A stretch of DNA of 36,233 bases from Elsinoe ampelina (lineage: Eukaryota). The notes under the pieces are model-generated. The model was not told the origin of the DNA and searched no databases. It worked only from the letters and a program-made list of their open reading frames with translations. Each line of letters starts with the position of its first letter. The first letter of the stretch is position 1. Location of the stretch: NCBI GenBank assembly GCA_010093995.1, contig ML992505.1, forward strand, positions 124,001 through 160,233, read 5' to 3'. Made by a program: the position numbers and the translations under genes. Positions 22,874-34,540 of this stretch are shown piece after piece.

Positions 22874-25610
22874 ATGAGCTTGCAGAAATCGGCGCCCCCA
22901 TCCTTGCATCCCCAATCTGCTCCACCCCATCTCGACGACCAGAAGACAGAGTCCTTCCCGGCCTATTCCGAAGAAAAAGCTGCTGAGCATCACGCCGCCC
23001 AGCATCACGACCAGCGTCCCCTGCACGACAGCCACAAGCGCCCGGAATTTCACACCGCTAGAAGCACCGAGAAAGTCAGAACCTTTTCCCTCGTAAGTCG
23101 CTGACCACGTTCGTCCCCGCTTCGCCGGCTGACACATGATAGCTCCTCTCGAACCTTAGAAAGCACGAAGATGGAGCGAAGTGGGCACCTCCGAGGAGGT
23201 TCAGCGCTGGTAAGGTAGTTTCGCAATATGAGTGGGACCCTATTGACGAAGAGCAGATCTTGAGCGCAGCCGCGAGCTCGAGTTCGAAGTCCACGTGGAA
23301 GAGACCCTGAAGCAGATTCTGGATCGCGAGGATACAGACAAGAACATTCAGATCACCATCGAGGATAAGGGGCCGAAAGTAAGCAGATCTCGAACGCTCC
23401 TACATTCATACTGACCGCAGACAGTGGATCAATCTTGGTACACTTCACTCCGACGGCTACGTCAAGCATGACATACGCACGACCTACCATATGTCCAACC
23501 TCCTACAGGAGTTGACTATTGCCAAGGAGAAGGGTCTTAAGTGTATCATCCTGTCCGAGTCACGTATCAACGAGAACCCTGTCGATCGCCTCGCCCGCCT
23601 TATCAAGGATGAATTCTGGTCAAACCTCACCCGTCAGATCGATGGTGGAAATGTAGCCAAGGTTGGTCTGGACACCAAGGACTGGAACGAGCACCCTCGG
23701 CCCAGGATCTACGTCCCACGCGGCGCTCCCGAACAGCACGAATACTACACAAGAATCGCTCATGAGCACCCGGAGGTCAACCTCGACGTTGTATGGCTTT
23801 CCGAAGATCCCAGCAACGAAGAGTACGTCCGTGACCTCAATGATGCTCCTGGCTTGCTGGCTCTGGAGATGGAGCGTGTGAAGGATACCAAGAAGGGTGA
23901 GCCTGACTTCAAAGGGCTCAAATTTGTCGTCCCAGGTGGCCGCTTCAACGAGTTGTACGGCTGGGACAGCTACATGGAGTCTCTCGGCCTCATCATACAT
24001 GACAAGGTTACTCTGGCAAAGAACATGGTCAAGCACTTCTGCTTCTGCATCAGGCATTACGGAAAGATCCTCAACGCCAATCGCACCTATTATCTCTGCC
24101 GCACCCAGCCACCCTTCCTCACGGACATGGCCTTGCGTGTGTACAGCAGGATCAAGCATCAGCCTGATGCGAAGGAGTTCCTCCGCGTGGCCACTCTTGC
24201 GGCTATCAAGGAGTACTACAATGTCTGGATGTCAGCTCCTCGCTACGATGCTGAATCTGGGCTGTCCCGTTACCGAGCCCAAGGTCTTGGAGTCCCGCCA
24301 GAGACAGAGGCAAGCCACTTTGAGCACGTGCTCAGTCCGTATGCGAAGAAGCACAACATGTCTTACAAGGAGTTCATTCGTGCCTACAATTTTGGCAAGG
24401 TTCACGAGCCTGAATTGGACAATTTCTTCCTGCACGACCGCGCTGTCCGCGAGTCGGGCCATGACACCTCCTATCGTTTGGAGAACGTGGCTGCGGACCT
24501 TGCCGTCGTTGACCTCAACTCCTGCCTGTACAAATATGAGACTGACATTGCCCACATCATTGAGACTGAATTTGATGGCCATCTCACCATTCCGTCCGGC
24601 TTTTGTGCCAAGCGCTATGCTCCTGGCTACGTGGAGATACCATCTACCTGGACCCAGCGTGCAGCACAGCGCAAGGAGACTATGACCAAGCTCATGTGGG
24701 ACGAGAAGACTGGCATGTTTTTTGACTACGACACCCACCTGAAGAAGCAGACCGGGTATGAGTCTGTCACCACCTTCTGGTCTCTATGGGCCGGTGTTGC
24801 TACCCAGGAACAAGCTCACGCATTGGTGAAACGGGCTCTCCCTCTATTTGAAGTGGGTGGTGGCCTCGTCTCTGGTACTGAAAAGTCTCGTGGCAGTATT
24901 TCCCTGTCCCGACCCAATCGTCAGTGGGATTACCCTTTCGGCTGGGCTCCGCAGCAGATTCTGGCGTGGCACGGTATGCTCAAGTACGGGTATGAGCAGG
25001 ACGCCAAGCGTCTCGCCTACAGATGGTGCCACATGGTCACTCGCGCCTTTGTCGACTTCAACGGTGTTGTGGTGGAGAAGTACAATGTGACTGATCCCAA
25101 GCGTCCGCACATAGTGGCTGCGGAGTATGGCAATCAGGGCTCTGACTTTAAGGGCAGGCCGACTGAAGGGTGAGTGCTTGCTTCATGGAGCAAGAGATGC
25201 GTACTAATTTGTTTGTTAGTTTCGGATGGGTCAATGCATCCTACATCGTCGGACTCAACATCCTCGACCGCAGCATGCGTCGCGGACTTGGTGCTCTCGC
25301 CACTTGGGAGGAGTATCGCAATGCCAAAGCACCCAAGCACCGCGCTTCTTCAACTTACGCCACCAAGATCGTGGAGGATTTGAAGCCTCATTTAGTCCCT
25401 ACCATCCCGGAGGTCGTTTCACCTGCCGCTATCGGCAGTCCATCCGGGCATGAACAAGAGCATCGCACCGATCAACCTCATGGCGCTGCCTCTCACGTCC
25501 CGGCCACTTCTGGTGCGGCTCATCCGAGACAGGCTGCTCTAGCTGCCATGCGCTTCGATGGAGCAGTGGACTGGCGTCACCAGAATGTCTTTACCGAAGT
25601 CGGCGAGTGA
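22874..25610 (+). CDS. NTH1: Neutral trehalase (GH37, Nth1-like)
   Basis: Introns at 23093-23142, 23210-23256, 23379-23424 and 25170-25219. Ca-binding motif '[12 protein letters not shown]', plus '[15 protein letters not shown]', 'RTQPPF', 'RESGHD', '[12 protein letters not shown]' and 'EGFGWVNAS'. Confidence 0.92.
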
Positions 25611-26074
25611 AGTTGGTCAAACAGCTACGGCACCGTTCGCGTGGCGAGGAAGAACGGGGCAAGCATGATAAGCAGAGCAATGTTACTTAGTTGGCATTGA
25701 TCGAGCTTGGATGATAGGAGTCCTAGTTGACGGGGGTCACTGCGTCGTCCTGACATGGTTACTGCTTCGTACCTAATGCATCCGATTTAAACCCAGTCTC
25801 TCCATCAGCTTTGATCTGCTTGCTCATGATTGACATTCGCTTCAACGCCTAGTAATTGAATCAGAATAGTGCTCGAGCTCGATCCGAAAAGAGGACGATG
25901 CTTTAGAAGTGAATGTATCGGATTCGTTACTAAGCAACATCGAGATCAGCTGGCTTAGGCCCGAAAAGGCTATATCTCCCGAAGTTAGATAGAGTTTCCC
26001 TACCTCTTGATACCCTTGCTGGGTCATGTTGCTGCATTCATTTCTTATCACCATGCCTCGGACGTCCTTCCAAG

Positions 26075-27952
26075 ATGAACAGAGGCCTCCGGTCGGCAAA
26101 CGGGTGCTCGCAGTGCAGGTTAGGAAGAGTATGACAGAATGCGACGGTATCGTGAGATCTTGTTAACAGAATTGGCCAGGTCAAATGCGATGAGCGACAC
26201 CCGAAATGCGGGCGATGCAATAAGAGAAATACCTCCTGCGCATACGTAAAGACACTGAAGTGGTGTACTACGCAGACGACTCCACGGCTTACCAAAAGGC
26301 GCAAGTCTGATGTCCCTCGTGGTGCTGATCAGCGGAATCGCCCCTCTCGTAGCGTCGCCTCTGGAGATGACCATACCAACGTCTCGGATCCGCAAGACTG
26401 GTGTCCTACAGAACCTATTGAGCCAACATTACCGGTATCTCTATCGAATGACCTGTTCGAGCAAAGCCTAGACTGGGACCCGAACGAGCTGTCAGAGTCA
26501 TACCCGTCCTTGTACCTGTCAAATCTGGATCAGGATGACAACGTCGTGTCCGATCTGACTTGGACACTGGAGCCATATGGCAGCGACTTTGAAATTGGAC
26601 TTGGCATGATCGATCAAGGTGCACTTCTCATGGAGGTGTATTTCGACAGAGTAGCTCCGATCTTCTGCTGCTACGACGGAGGCAAGAACCCTTTCTACCA
26701 TCTCATCGCGCAAGCGTGGAGGAGTGATCGCAGGTCTTCAGACTATGCTCCACTCATCAGTGCGACTCAAGGCCTCGCTGCGGTGTTCCTGATGCAGGAC
26801 TCAATTTCCATGAGATCCCTTGCGGAGGATCTGCTGGAGCGAACCCAACAGCAGCTCTGCCGTATCTCCAGCGTCGAGCGGTATGATGTGAAGCATATAC
26901 TGGCTCTGTCTTTTCTCGGGATCAGCAGAATGTACAGCCAAGATCTGACATCCTCGCTCAGCGTACTGAACCAATTGCGGGACATACTCCAGTCTGAGAC
27001 GGTGGCTCCAAGTCACGGTTCCAGAGACGCAGCCTTACGCCAACGTGATCGCCGGTTCTCTTGGGGCCTACAATTGCACTGCGAAATGGTGTTCGCATGT
27101 ACTGATGCAAGATACCGACTGCCCTCTCTCGAAGCTTTCCAGTCGATGGAATGGGAGAATGCAACATCAAACATATGTCCACATCCTTTCACAGGCGTCT
27201 CGAGCGAGATCACCCACAGATTCCTTCAGGCTGTCCTGCTCGTCAAGCGTCATCGCGACTTGTCAAGAAACCAGAATTTCTGTTCACAGAAACACATCGC
27301 GAAGATACAAGCACTCATGTTCGATGCAGCAGCCTTGGAAGCAAAAGTAACATCAGACTGCCTCCCAGACAGGAGCTGCATCAAAAGTCCTGAGGACCGC
27401 ACCACGCCTGTTGAACACCTGATCAAGCTGGCCGAATGCTATCGCCACTCGACGCTGCTACTCATCTATCGCGTTTTTCCCGACGTGCTTGCCAAACGTC
27501 TTGGACACGGAGAGGCAGATATGGATACCAGTGACACAGCACGTGCAGTCAACAGCCATCTGTTGAGCATGGTCCTTGGAATCATCGGCCAGCTTTCTAC
27601 GATCCCGACCGAGTCAAGCACGACGCCATTTCAATGGATCATCCTACTAGCGGCATCGAGTGAGCTGAGGCTTCGAAATGATTATGTCTCGCGACTTTCG
27701 GAGATGGAGCCATCTGGCACACAACATTCGATTTCAGCTACGGACCCTCAAGTACTAAATACTGCGCTACAACGTGGTCGGAAGGAGGACGTGATCAAAT
27801 CTCGTGAGTTCGTCATCGCCAGGACAGAGGCATCTCAGAAGCGCATACCTGGCGGGAGGTTGCCAAGGTTGTTACACTTGATGAAGAAAGCGTGGTCGTT
27901 GCTTGACAGTGGTCAGACGGGAACTCATTGGTTGGATTTAATAGCAGATTGA
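26075..27952 (+). CDS. Zn(II)2Cys6 transcription factor with fungal-specific C-terminal domain
   Basis: Splicing intron 26119-26169 gives MNRGLRSANGCSQCRIGQVKCDERHPKCGRCNKRNTSCAY (six Cys). This is in frame with the 480-aa ORF containing 'YDGGKNPF', 'HPFTGVS' and 'YR...LL.IYRVFP'. Confidence 0.88.
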
Positions 27953-28160
27953 TGCGGTACATATACTTTGGGCGCTCTATGTATATCACAGTTCAACTCA
28001 AGCAAATTCGTCACAAGTGATCCATGAAAGAGATCTCGTAGATCGTTCCCTCTGATAGTCAATTACATGACCTAAGAGTCTGGAATCATACCTCTCGTTC
28101 AAGGAAACTATCATATCATGGATATTCCACTGTCTTCCCCACCCACCCCTCATCCAAGTT

Positions 28161-29937
28161 TTAAGCAGCTTTCAACCCCTTCTTAAACCTCACAGCCTCC
28201 CTACACGACCGCCAAAACCCCGGCGCGTTCGGATCCAGCGTTGCCTCATACGCATCAATAGCATTCCTCTCCCACACCAAATCCGCCTCATGCGCCTTTA
28301 CAATCTTCGTCCTCTTCACCACCTTCCACCCAAAGTACAACACCGGCGAAACCAACACCATAGCATAATAAGAAAAAAACGTCCCCGTCGACCACCACCC
28401 CGGCAAAAACGTCGTGTACCCATACATACCCACCGTCCAGGCCATGGAGACCAACCCGAACCACCCGCAAAACGGTTGCAGCCAGCCTTTATACGGGAGC
28501 GTGTCGCGGGAGACACCCTGCGCCTTCAACGCGCGGTGGAAGAAGAGGTACACGACGCTCATGCCGATGTAGTCGATCAGCTGCGCCGCTTCGGTCAGGT
28601 TGGCCAGCCAAGTGATGACCGCCGCGCTGCCCGAGTGCACCTGGAGGAAAGAAAGCAGGGGGAAGAGCATGGTGACGCCCAGCGCGTAGATGGGGATGCC
28701 GGTCCGCGTGCAGGTGCTGAAGACGTGCGGCGCGTGGCCGTCGATGGCCATGGCGTAGAGGGTGCGCGAGGCGCAGTAGACGTAGGAATTGCCCGCGGAG
28801 AAAATGGCCGTGACGAGGAGGGCGTTGGTGATGTGGGGGAGGACGGCGACGCCGAGGTTGGTCATGGCGATGACGTAGGGGGAGGCAGCGCCGGTGCCGG
28901 AGTCGGATCCGTTGAGTTTGACGATGAGGTTGGCGTCGTCGGAGGGGACGACGATGCCGACGCAGAGGGCGCCGCCGACGAAGAAGAGGGCGTAGCGGAT
29001 GTAGGTCGCTTTGAAGGCGGCTTTGAGGTTTTTGCGGGGGTGTTTCACTTCGCCCGCGACCATGGAGAGGTATTCTGGACCGACGATGGTGAAGGCGGCT
29101 TGGAAGAGTGCGCCGAGGTAGCCTTGGAATCGCCCGAGTGAGCCGGTGGAGATGTATTCTGCGAATGCCCCTGGATGGCGCCAGTATCGGAAGCCGTATG
29201 CGTCGTGCTTTGGGTTGCCACCCACCACTTGGCTAGGTCAGCACACGAGCTCTACACGGTCAAGTGGAGGTACCTACTGGTCACGAAGGTGAAGCAGAAG
29301 ACGATCAATATCAGGAGTACTTTGCCGCTGGCCAGCCAGAACTCACTCTCACCATAATATCTGACGGCGACGAGGTTCAAAAGTCTGTACGCAGATGAGC
29401 CCCTGAGATACGATCCGGCCAGGAGGTTGCAACATACCCGTATAGCACGATACATGCCGCGCAGACCGCCCCAATGGGTATATCATCCCGCCAGAAGGTC
29501 AAGACAAGGTTCAGAGCGGCAATCTCCCAAGGGATAAGGAAGCCCTGGTAGAGGAAGAAGTTCCAGCCGAGGGTGAAACCAAAAGCCTCGTCGACCCATT
29601 TGCTCGCCATACGGATCCAGCCACCGCTGACTGGCATGAAGATTGCCATCTCGGCCATGCTGTTGTTGACGGTTGCCAAGAAGAGACTGTACATGGTGAA
29701 GGCGATGAGAAGACTACCAGGGCCACCCTCGATCAAACCGAACCCAATGCTGACGAAGAGCGCTGTGCCAATCGTGCCGCCAATGGCTATTAGCTGGATC
29801 TGGCGGTTGCCGAGGGACCTGTGGAGGCCATGGATGTCCTCCGACTCGCCCAAGTTGTGGTCTTCATGTCCAGAGGGCTCTTGAATGCCTTGCTTGAAGC
29901 CTTTTTCATCTTCCATACTTTTACGGTGAACGCTCAT
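28161..29937 (-). CDS. Amino-acid permease (APC superfamily, YAT family, Agp2-like)
   Basis: Motifs 'LGNRQIQLIAIGGTIGTALF', 'YYGESEFWLASGK', 'FTIVGPE' and 'SAGNSYVYCASRTLY'. Introns at 29385-29437 and 29229-29277. Confidence 0.92.
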
Positions 29938-30394
29938 TTCAAGAATGGACAAGGGTTGTGGGCAAAGATGAGGTTGCGGAGCATTTGTGGATAGCCAAGG
30001 GAATACGACGGAGAGCGGAGGGCAGAGGTCTCAGAAATCGGAAGAGATGTGATGGAGAAAGAACAGAAACTTACAGGGTCTTAACTCGAATACTTGTGAA
30101 CGACAGGAATCGCCTTCAAATTGTGTAAAACAGAGCAGAACTAATTGCCGGGTTCCGATGACACACTTTGAGGTGGAGTTGCGCCTTACCCGATTTGGGT
30201 ACCCGTGTCGAGAGACTCCATACTGGAATCTCATCCCATGTATCAATCATACTTCTTCCGGCAACAATCGAAAAGACAACTACCAGATTATCGCATACCA
30301 ATAGTGATGAATAGAGATATCGCTTCTGTCCTGCACCTTTTGCAGTCGACCTTGCCCGTACTGCTCAACGCACAAGCAGTGGCAACAACGGAAA

Positions 30395-31855
30395 ATGTCG
30401 AACTTGGATGAAGACGTCTTCGACCCGGCTGTCAGTAGTGATCCTAGAGCAGGTGAAATGTATTTCTGATGAACCCAGATACATCTGGCATACTCTCCGC
30501 CAAAAGATGTCTTCACGCTTGCAGACCTTGGCATCGAGGAGAATCGTTACACGACCCCTGTCGCTGGATGCAAACCCTTCAAGTTCCTGTCTAGAGAAGG
30601 GGTACTGGCTTACCGGAGAGCAATCTTGAGATGCCATGTATTCGATCAGTGCGGCGGACATCCTTTCCCAGGCACTGTCACCCTTCGTAATGTCGCGAGA
30701 GTGTCACCTTTCGTTCGTGATTTATGGACACATCCTCAAACCTTGGCTATCATGTCTGCAATCCTCGGCACCAAAATCGATGTGGTCATGCCAACGGAAA
30801 CCGGCCACACCAATATTCAGGTCACAGGGGCTGGAGATGTTCTAGAGCAATTGAGCGTCGAACCGACGATGGCGGCATTCTCAGCAGCCGGGCAGGAAGA
30901 AGAAACCTACGATCCACTCTCTGGTAGTTCAGTCATTCCTTGGCAGTAAGTTACACAGCGTTCTTGCCCTGGCCCCTGTCCAGAATTGACAATCATCAGT
31001 TACGACTCTTATCCTTACGTGTGCATAATCATGCTTAGCGATACCACAAACATGAGAGGCGGAGAGACATTCATCAGTGGACGAGAGATACAAGCTGTAA
31101 GGATATGACATGACATGGAACGCTCCCGACTCACACTGAGATCACAGGTTGAGGGACCCACTTTGGGGACAGCTGTGCTCCTCCAAGGAGGAAAAGTGAA
31201 GCATCTTGCAGCTCGCACGTTCGGAAGTGCCGAAAGGATCACGACCATCACGTCTTTCCGAGCCGATGTAGCAGGCACCTGGGACGACAGCTATTTGGCC
31301 AATCTTCGGGCCTATGATAACCTGCCTGTTCTCTATCAGCAATGGTCCCGATATCGTCTAGCCAAAATTCGCAACGAGATCGACCTGGCGTTGACGAAGA
31401 TTGAATCTGCCGAGGCAGCCGAAGCGGAGTTTCCTCGCGTCGAGCTCGAAGATCTGTGTGAGAGGCTATCCGAGTATGCCAGAAGGACGGCCAGTCAAAT
31501 CGTGGATCCTCGAATCCGCGACCGTCTTGCTGCAAAGTATGGCTCGGACGGTATCGCCAAAGCGGGGAGCATGTGGCAAAAACTCAGATCTCGAAACCAT
31601 ACCGCCGCTGCTATCACAGGGGCGACCAAGTATGCAGAGGACAACATGCCGGAGATGCGCAAGTATATCCTGGACTGGTGTCAGACTAGGGCGCGATTGC
31701 TTCGGGGATCGAAAGAAACTGGGACTCAAGGCAGCGTTGAGTACGATGCAACGGTGGAGTACCTGTTGGGAGACGAGCTGTTGCGGCAAGGACTTGTGGA
31801 GATTCTGCTTCCTTGGATGGATACTACGAAGCTTTTGTCTTTGCTAGATGAGTGA
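30395..31855 (+). CDS. Uncharacterised fungal Fe(II)/2-oxoglutarate dioxygenase-fold protein
   Basis: Introns at 30431-30478, 30946-30999 and 31097-31147 give MSNLDEDVFDPAIHLAY...IPWHYDSYPYVCIIMLSD..GGET...LLQGGKVKHLA....ERITTITSF. This has an HxD...H facial triad and a candidate 2OG-binding Arg. Confidence 0.8.
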
Positions 31856-31948
31856 GATGAGCGCGCATCAACGGTGCGATATTGCTGTAGATTGGTACAC
31901 GAACGCAATCTGGAAGACTAAGCTGCAATAATCTGCTTATCTCATATG

Positions 31949-32609
31949 TCAACCATCGCTATTCTTTATATACATTTTCAACCCTTTCAGCCTCGACATC
32001 GCTTCATCCAAGACGCCGTCTTCTTTGCAAACCGCGAAACGCAACCAATCACCAACTCCTGCTGCATTCTCGTCGGTAAAGAACTCGGATGCAGGAATCG
32101 CCGCAACGCCCAACTCTTGGATCAGGAACGACGGCAAATGGAAATCTCGACGTCGTGTGCTGACATGTTCTGGGAACGAATAGCCTTCTGGTAATCGTAC
32201 CCTTGAAAAATCGACTAACACAAAATATCCTCCTTGAGGAGAGGAGAACTGCAACCAAACATCAGACTCATCGCCAAAGGATTCGCCGTGGGATGGATGG
32301 ACATACCTGCAAGCCCAGCTCGATCCAGATCTGATTGAAGTAATCAATCTTGCCCCTTATCAGCTCCCTTGACCGATCCCAAAACCCAAGCTCACCAGCC
32401 TTCTCCAGCCCGATAGCAACTGCTTCTTGAAGTGGGCTGACAGTGCTAAAGCATATACGCGTATGTGCCGTGCTGACATGCTGGATCAGCTCCGCAGGCC
32501 CGATCAACCACCCGACGCGCCAGCCTGTGCAGTAGAAGCATTTCCCTGCCGACCTGACGGTGAGCGTTCGACGTGCGAGCTGTAGAGAGAGGGTGGCGAA
32601 GCGGGTGAA
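31949..32609 (-). pseudogene. 3' half of a class I PLP aminotransferase (kynurenine aminotransferase, Bna3/KAT-like); 5' half missing
   Basis: Reads FTRFATLS...TLTVRSAGKCFYCTGWRVGWLIGP...HTRICFSTVSPLQEA, intron 32249-32306, then PQGGYFVLVDF...GVAAIPASEF...LRFAVCK. There is an in-frame TGA just upstream of FTR, and no N-terminal domain, SDEVY motif or start codon. Confidence 0.85.
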
Positions 32610-33224
32610 TTTTCATCTACGGCATCACCTCACAGTCCGTGTTCCCCTCGGGCGTCATCTACAAAGACCAACTCGGAGACGCACCCCAAGCCTTCCGCGG
32701 CGAGTCCGGCGCCAACGACTCCATCATCCCTTTGCTGGACCACCTCTGCGAAATCCCCATGCCGGAGAACCCGCTCACGCAGATCCTGAGGGAGTTTTCG
32801 CGAGTACAGACCGCGACCGCATCGGGAGTTTCTCAAGCTGATACGGGAGTCTGCGGAACGTCTCGGCACGAGGGAGTTTCTCACTGGCGATATAGGGCTG
32901 GCAGTGCTGTGTATTCGGGTGCTGGACCATGTGAGGAGTTTTCGTTGGCGGCATTGGCAGTTTACGAGGGAGTATATCATCAAGCGGACGAGTCATCCGG
33001 TGGCGACGGGGGGGAGTCCGATTATTACGTGGTTGCCGAATCAGTTGAGCGCGGTGATGCAGTTGATGGATGATGTGGCGATGACGAGGGGGGTTTAGGA
33101 TATGATCAGGGGTGGGAAGGCATCTGAGCTAGCCGTGATTAGGGATATCATAGAAAATGTAGTGAGTCAGAAGGAGAAGCTCGCAAAGGAGGTGGCCAAG
33201 TATTGTCAGGATAGAGGTGTGTGA
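32609..33224 (+). pseudogene. 3' part of an indoleamine 2,3-dioxygenase (fungal IDO-gamma/IdoC-like), with frameshift and premature stop
   Basis: Reads IFIYGITSQSVFP...FRGESGANDSIIP...LREF, +1 frameshift in TTTT at about 32795-32798, then REYRPRPHREFL...RWRHWQFTREYII...ATGGSPIITWLPNQL. Premature TAG at 33096-33098; native-looking end KEVAKYCQDRGV* at 33224. Confidence 0.88.
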
Positions 33225-33273
33225 TGTAATGGGTAAGCTTGGGTGAGGTAGATACCAGACCAGAGCAGTCCTT

Positions 33274-34540
33274 TCAAGAGATGACGAGATCCTCCGTCTG
33301 TTTGGCTAGCCATGCACCTTGATCCAATTGTGGTGGGTGCACCCATGTAGTCTGCTGGTGTGAGACTCCATTCTCGTCTTGATAGGCACGGTAGTCGCCT
33401 TCACTACCGGTGAAGGTGCGAGCCGTGAATGGTCGTCGACCTTTGAGGGGAGTTGACGACGAAGTCTGACCAGAGAATGCGTCTTTGATGAGACGATCAA
33501 TATTCTTTTGTGTACTTGGGGTGGTTGGGTGATTGAACTCGACAAGATTTCCGTCCGGAGAAGGATAGAAATGGCGTGCAGGTAGGACTTCGACATCCAT
33601 GATGGGCAGGACGCGATGGAAGATATCATGGGTATGTATCTCACGCTGTATGTGTTCTTGTCGCACGTGTTCGACATGCTGGTTCACCTTCTCATGCGTG
33701 ACAGCTATGTGGCAAGTCAGCATAGCATTCGCGAGGACTTTCACAGTACTTACCCGGTGCCCAAGTTTCGTGAATCGATGTGTCTACAGTGTTGGTAAGG
33801 TCGAGCTCATGCGGCTTGATTTCGATCCCTGGCGGTTCGATGATCGCTGCCTGAGCTCCGGTGACAGACTGGTCCTCAAATCTTTGCACCGCTGGCACCT
33901 GAGGTGACTCTTTCGGCGACTCCCCAGCTACCGGTTTTCTGAGAATGGTATGCACAGACTTGTCATCGCCATGGCAAACCTCAGGCTCCGTCTCGGCTGC
34001 CCTGACCAGAGTAGGGGAAGATCTGGCCTGGCGCTTCTCACGATGTGTGACAGCCGGTCCTTCTGGTGCTCCGTGGCGAGTCCCTGATGAAGAAGTCTTG
34101 CGGCCGGGATCCGATGATTTTGTTTGCCTTTCATGGGAGTCCTTCGCATTTTCACGTATGTACGAGCCGACATCGATACTGTGACAATTTGGTCTGATCA
34201 CTGTGACTTGTCAGTGGTCAGCTTTGCATACACATCTACGGACCCCCATACCATCCCTATTCAATACAGACCGGTCGATCCTATGGAGGTCCTCCAGTAT
34301 GACTGACCGGCGAGCGCTGGACTGTTTTCGGACTTTGGCAGTATCAGTATCGAGTACATCCCGTGGAGTTTTGCGAATGACATGGTAGCCTTTAGGATCA
34401 TTGGGATCTACCAAGGCCGGAAGGATGAGCACGCTTCCACGATTGCCCTCTGATGACTGGCGAGATGTGACAGGATTTGTATTTCCGGAAATGTCGTTCT
34501 CGCGTGCTCGGGGTGAGAACAGATTCTTGAATTTGCGCAT
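33274..34540 (-). CDS. Hypothetical protein with a His-rich 'EIHTHDIFHRVLPIMDVEVLPARHF' segment
   Basis: ATG 34540 (MRKFKNLF). GT-AG introns at 34201-34251 and 33705-33753 join three ORF-track frames in phase. Confidence 0.65.

Noticed and set aside
637..25610. GT90, chitin synthase, PLD and trehalase as a cell-wall or stress 'cluster'
   Set aside because: Widely conserved housekeeping genes interspersed with unrelated ones; no sequence evidence of co-regulation.
28290..29141. 283-aa plus-strand ORF antisense to the permease
   Set aside because: Shadow ORF produced by high-GC codon usage of the real minus-strand gene; no recognisable motif.
29938..30394. CGG triplets (e.g. CGGAGAGCGG near 30009) as binding sites for the cluster Zn2Cys6 factor
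   Set aside because: Too short and common to support without cross-species conservation.
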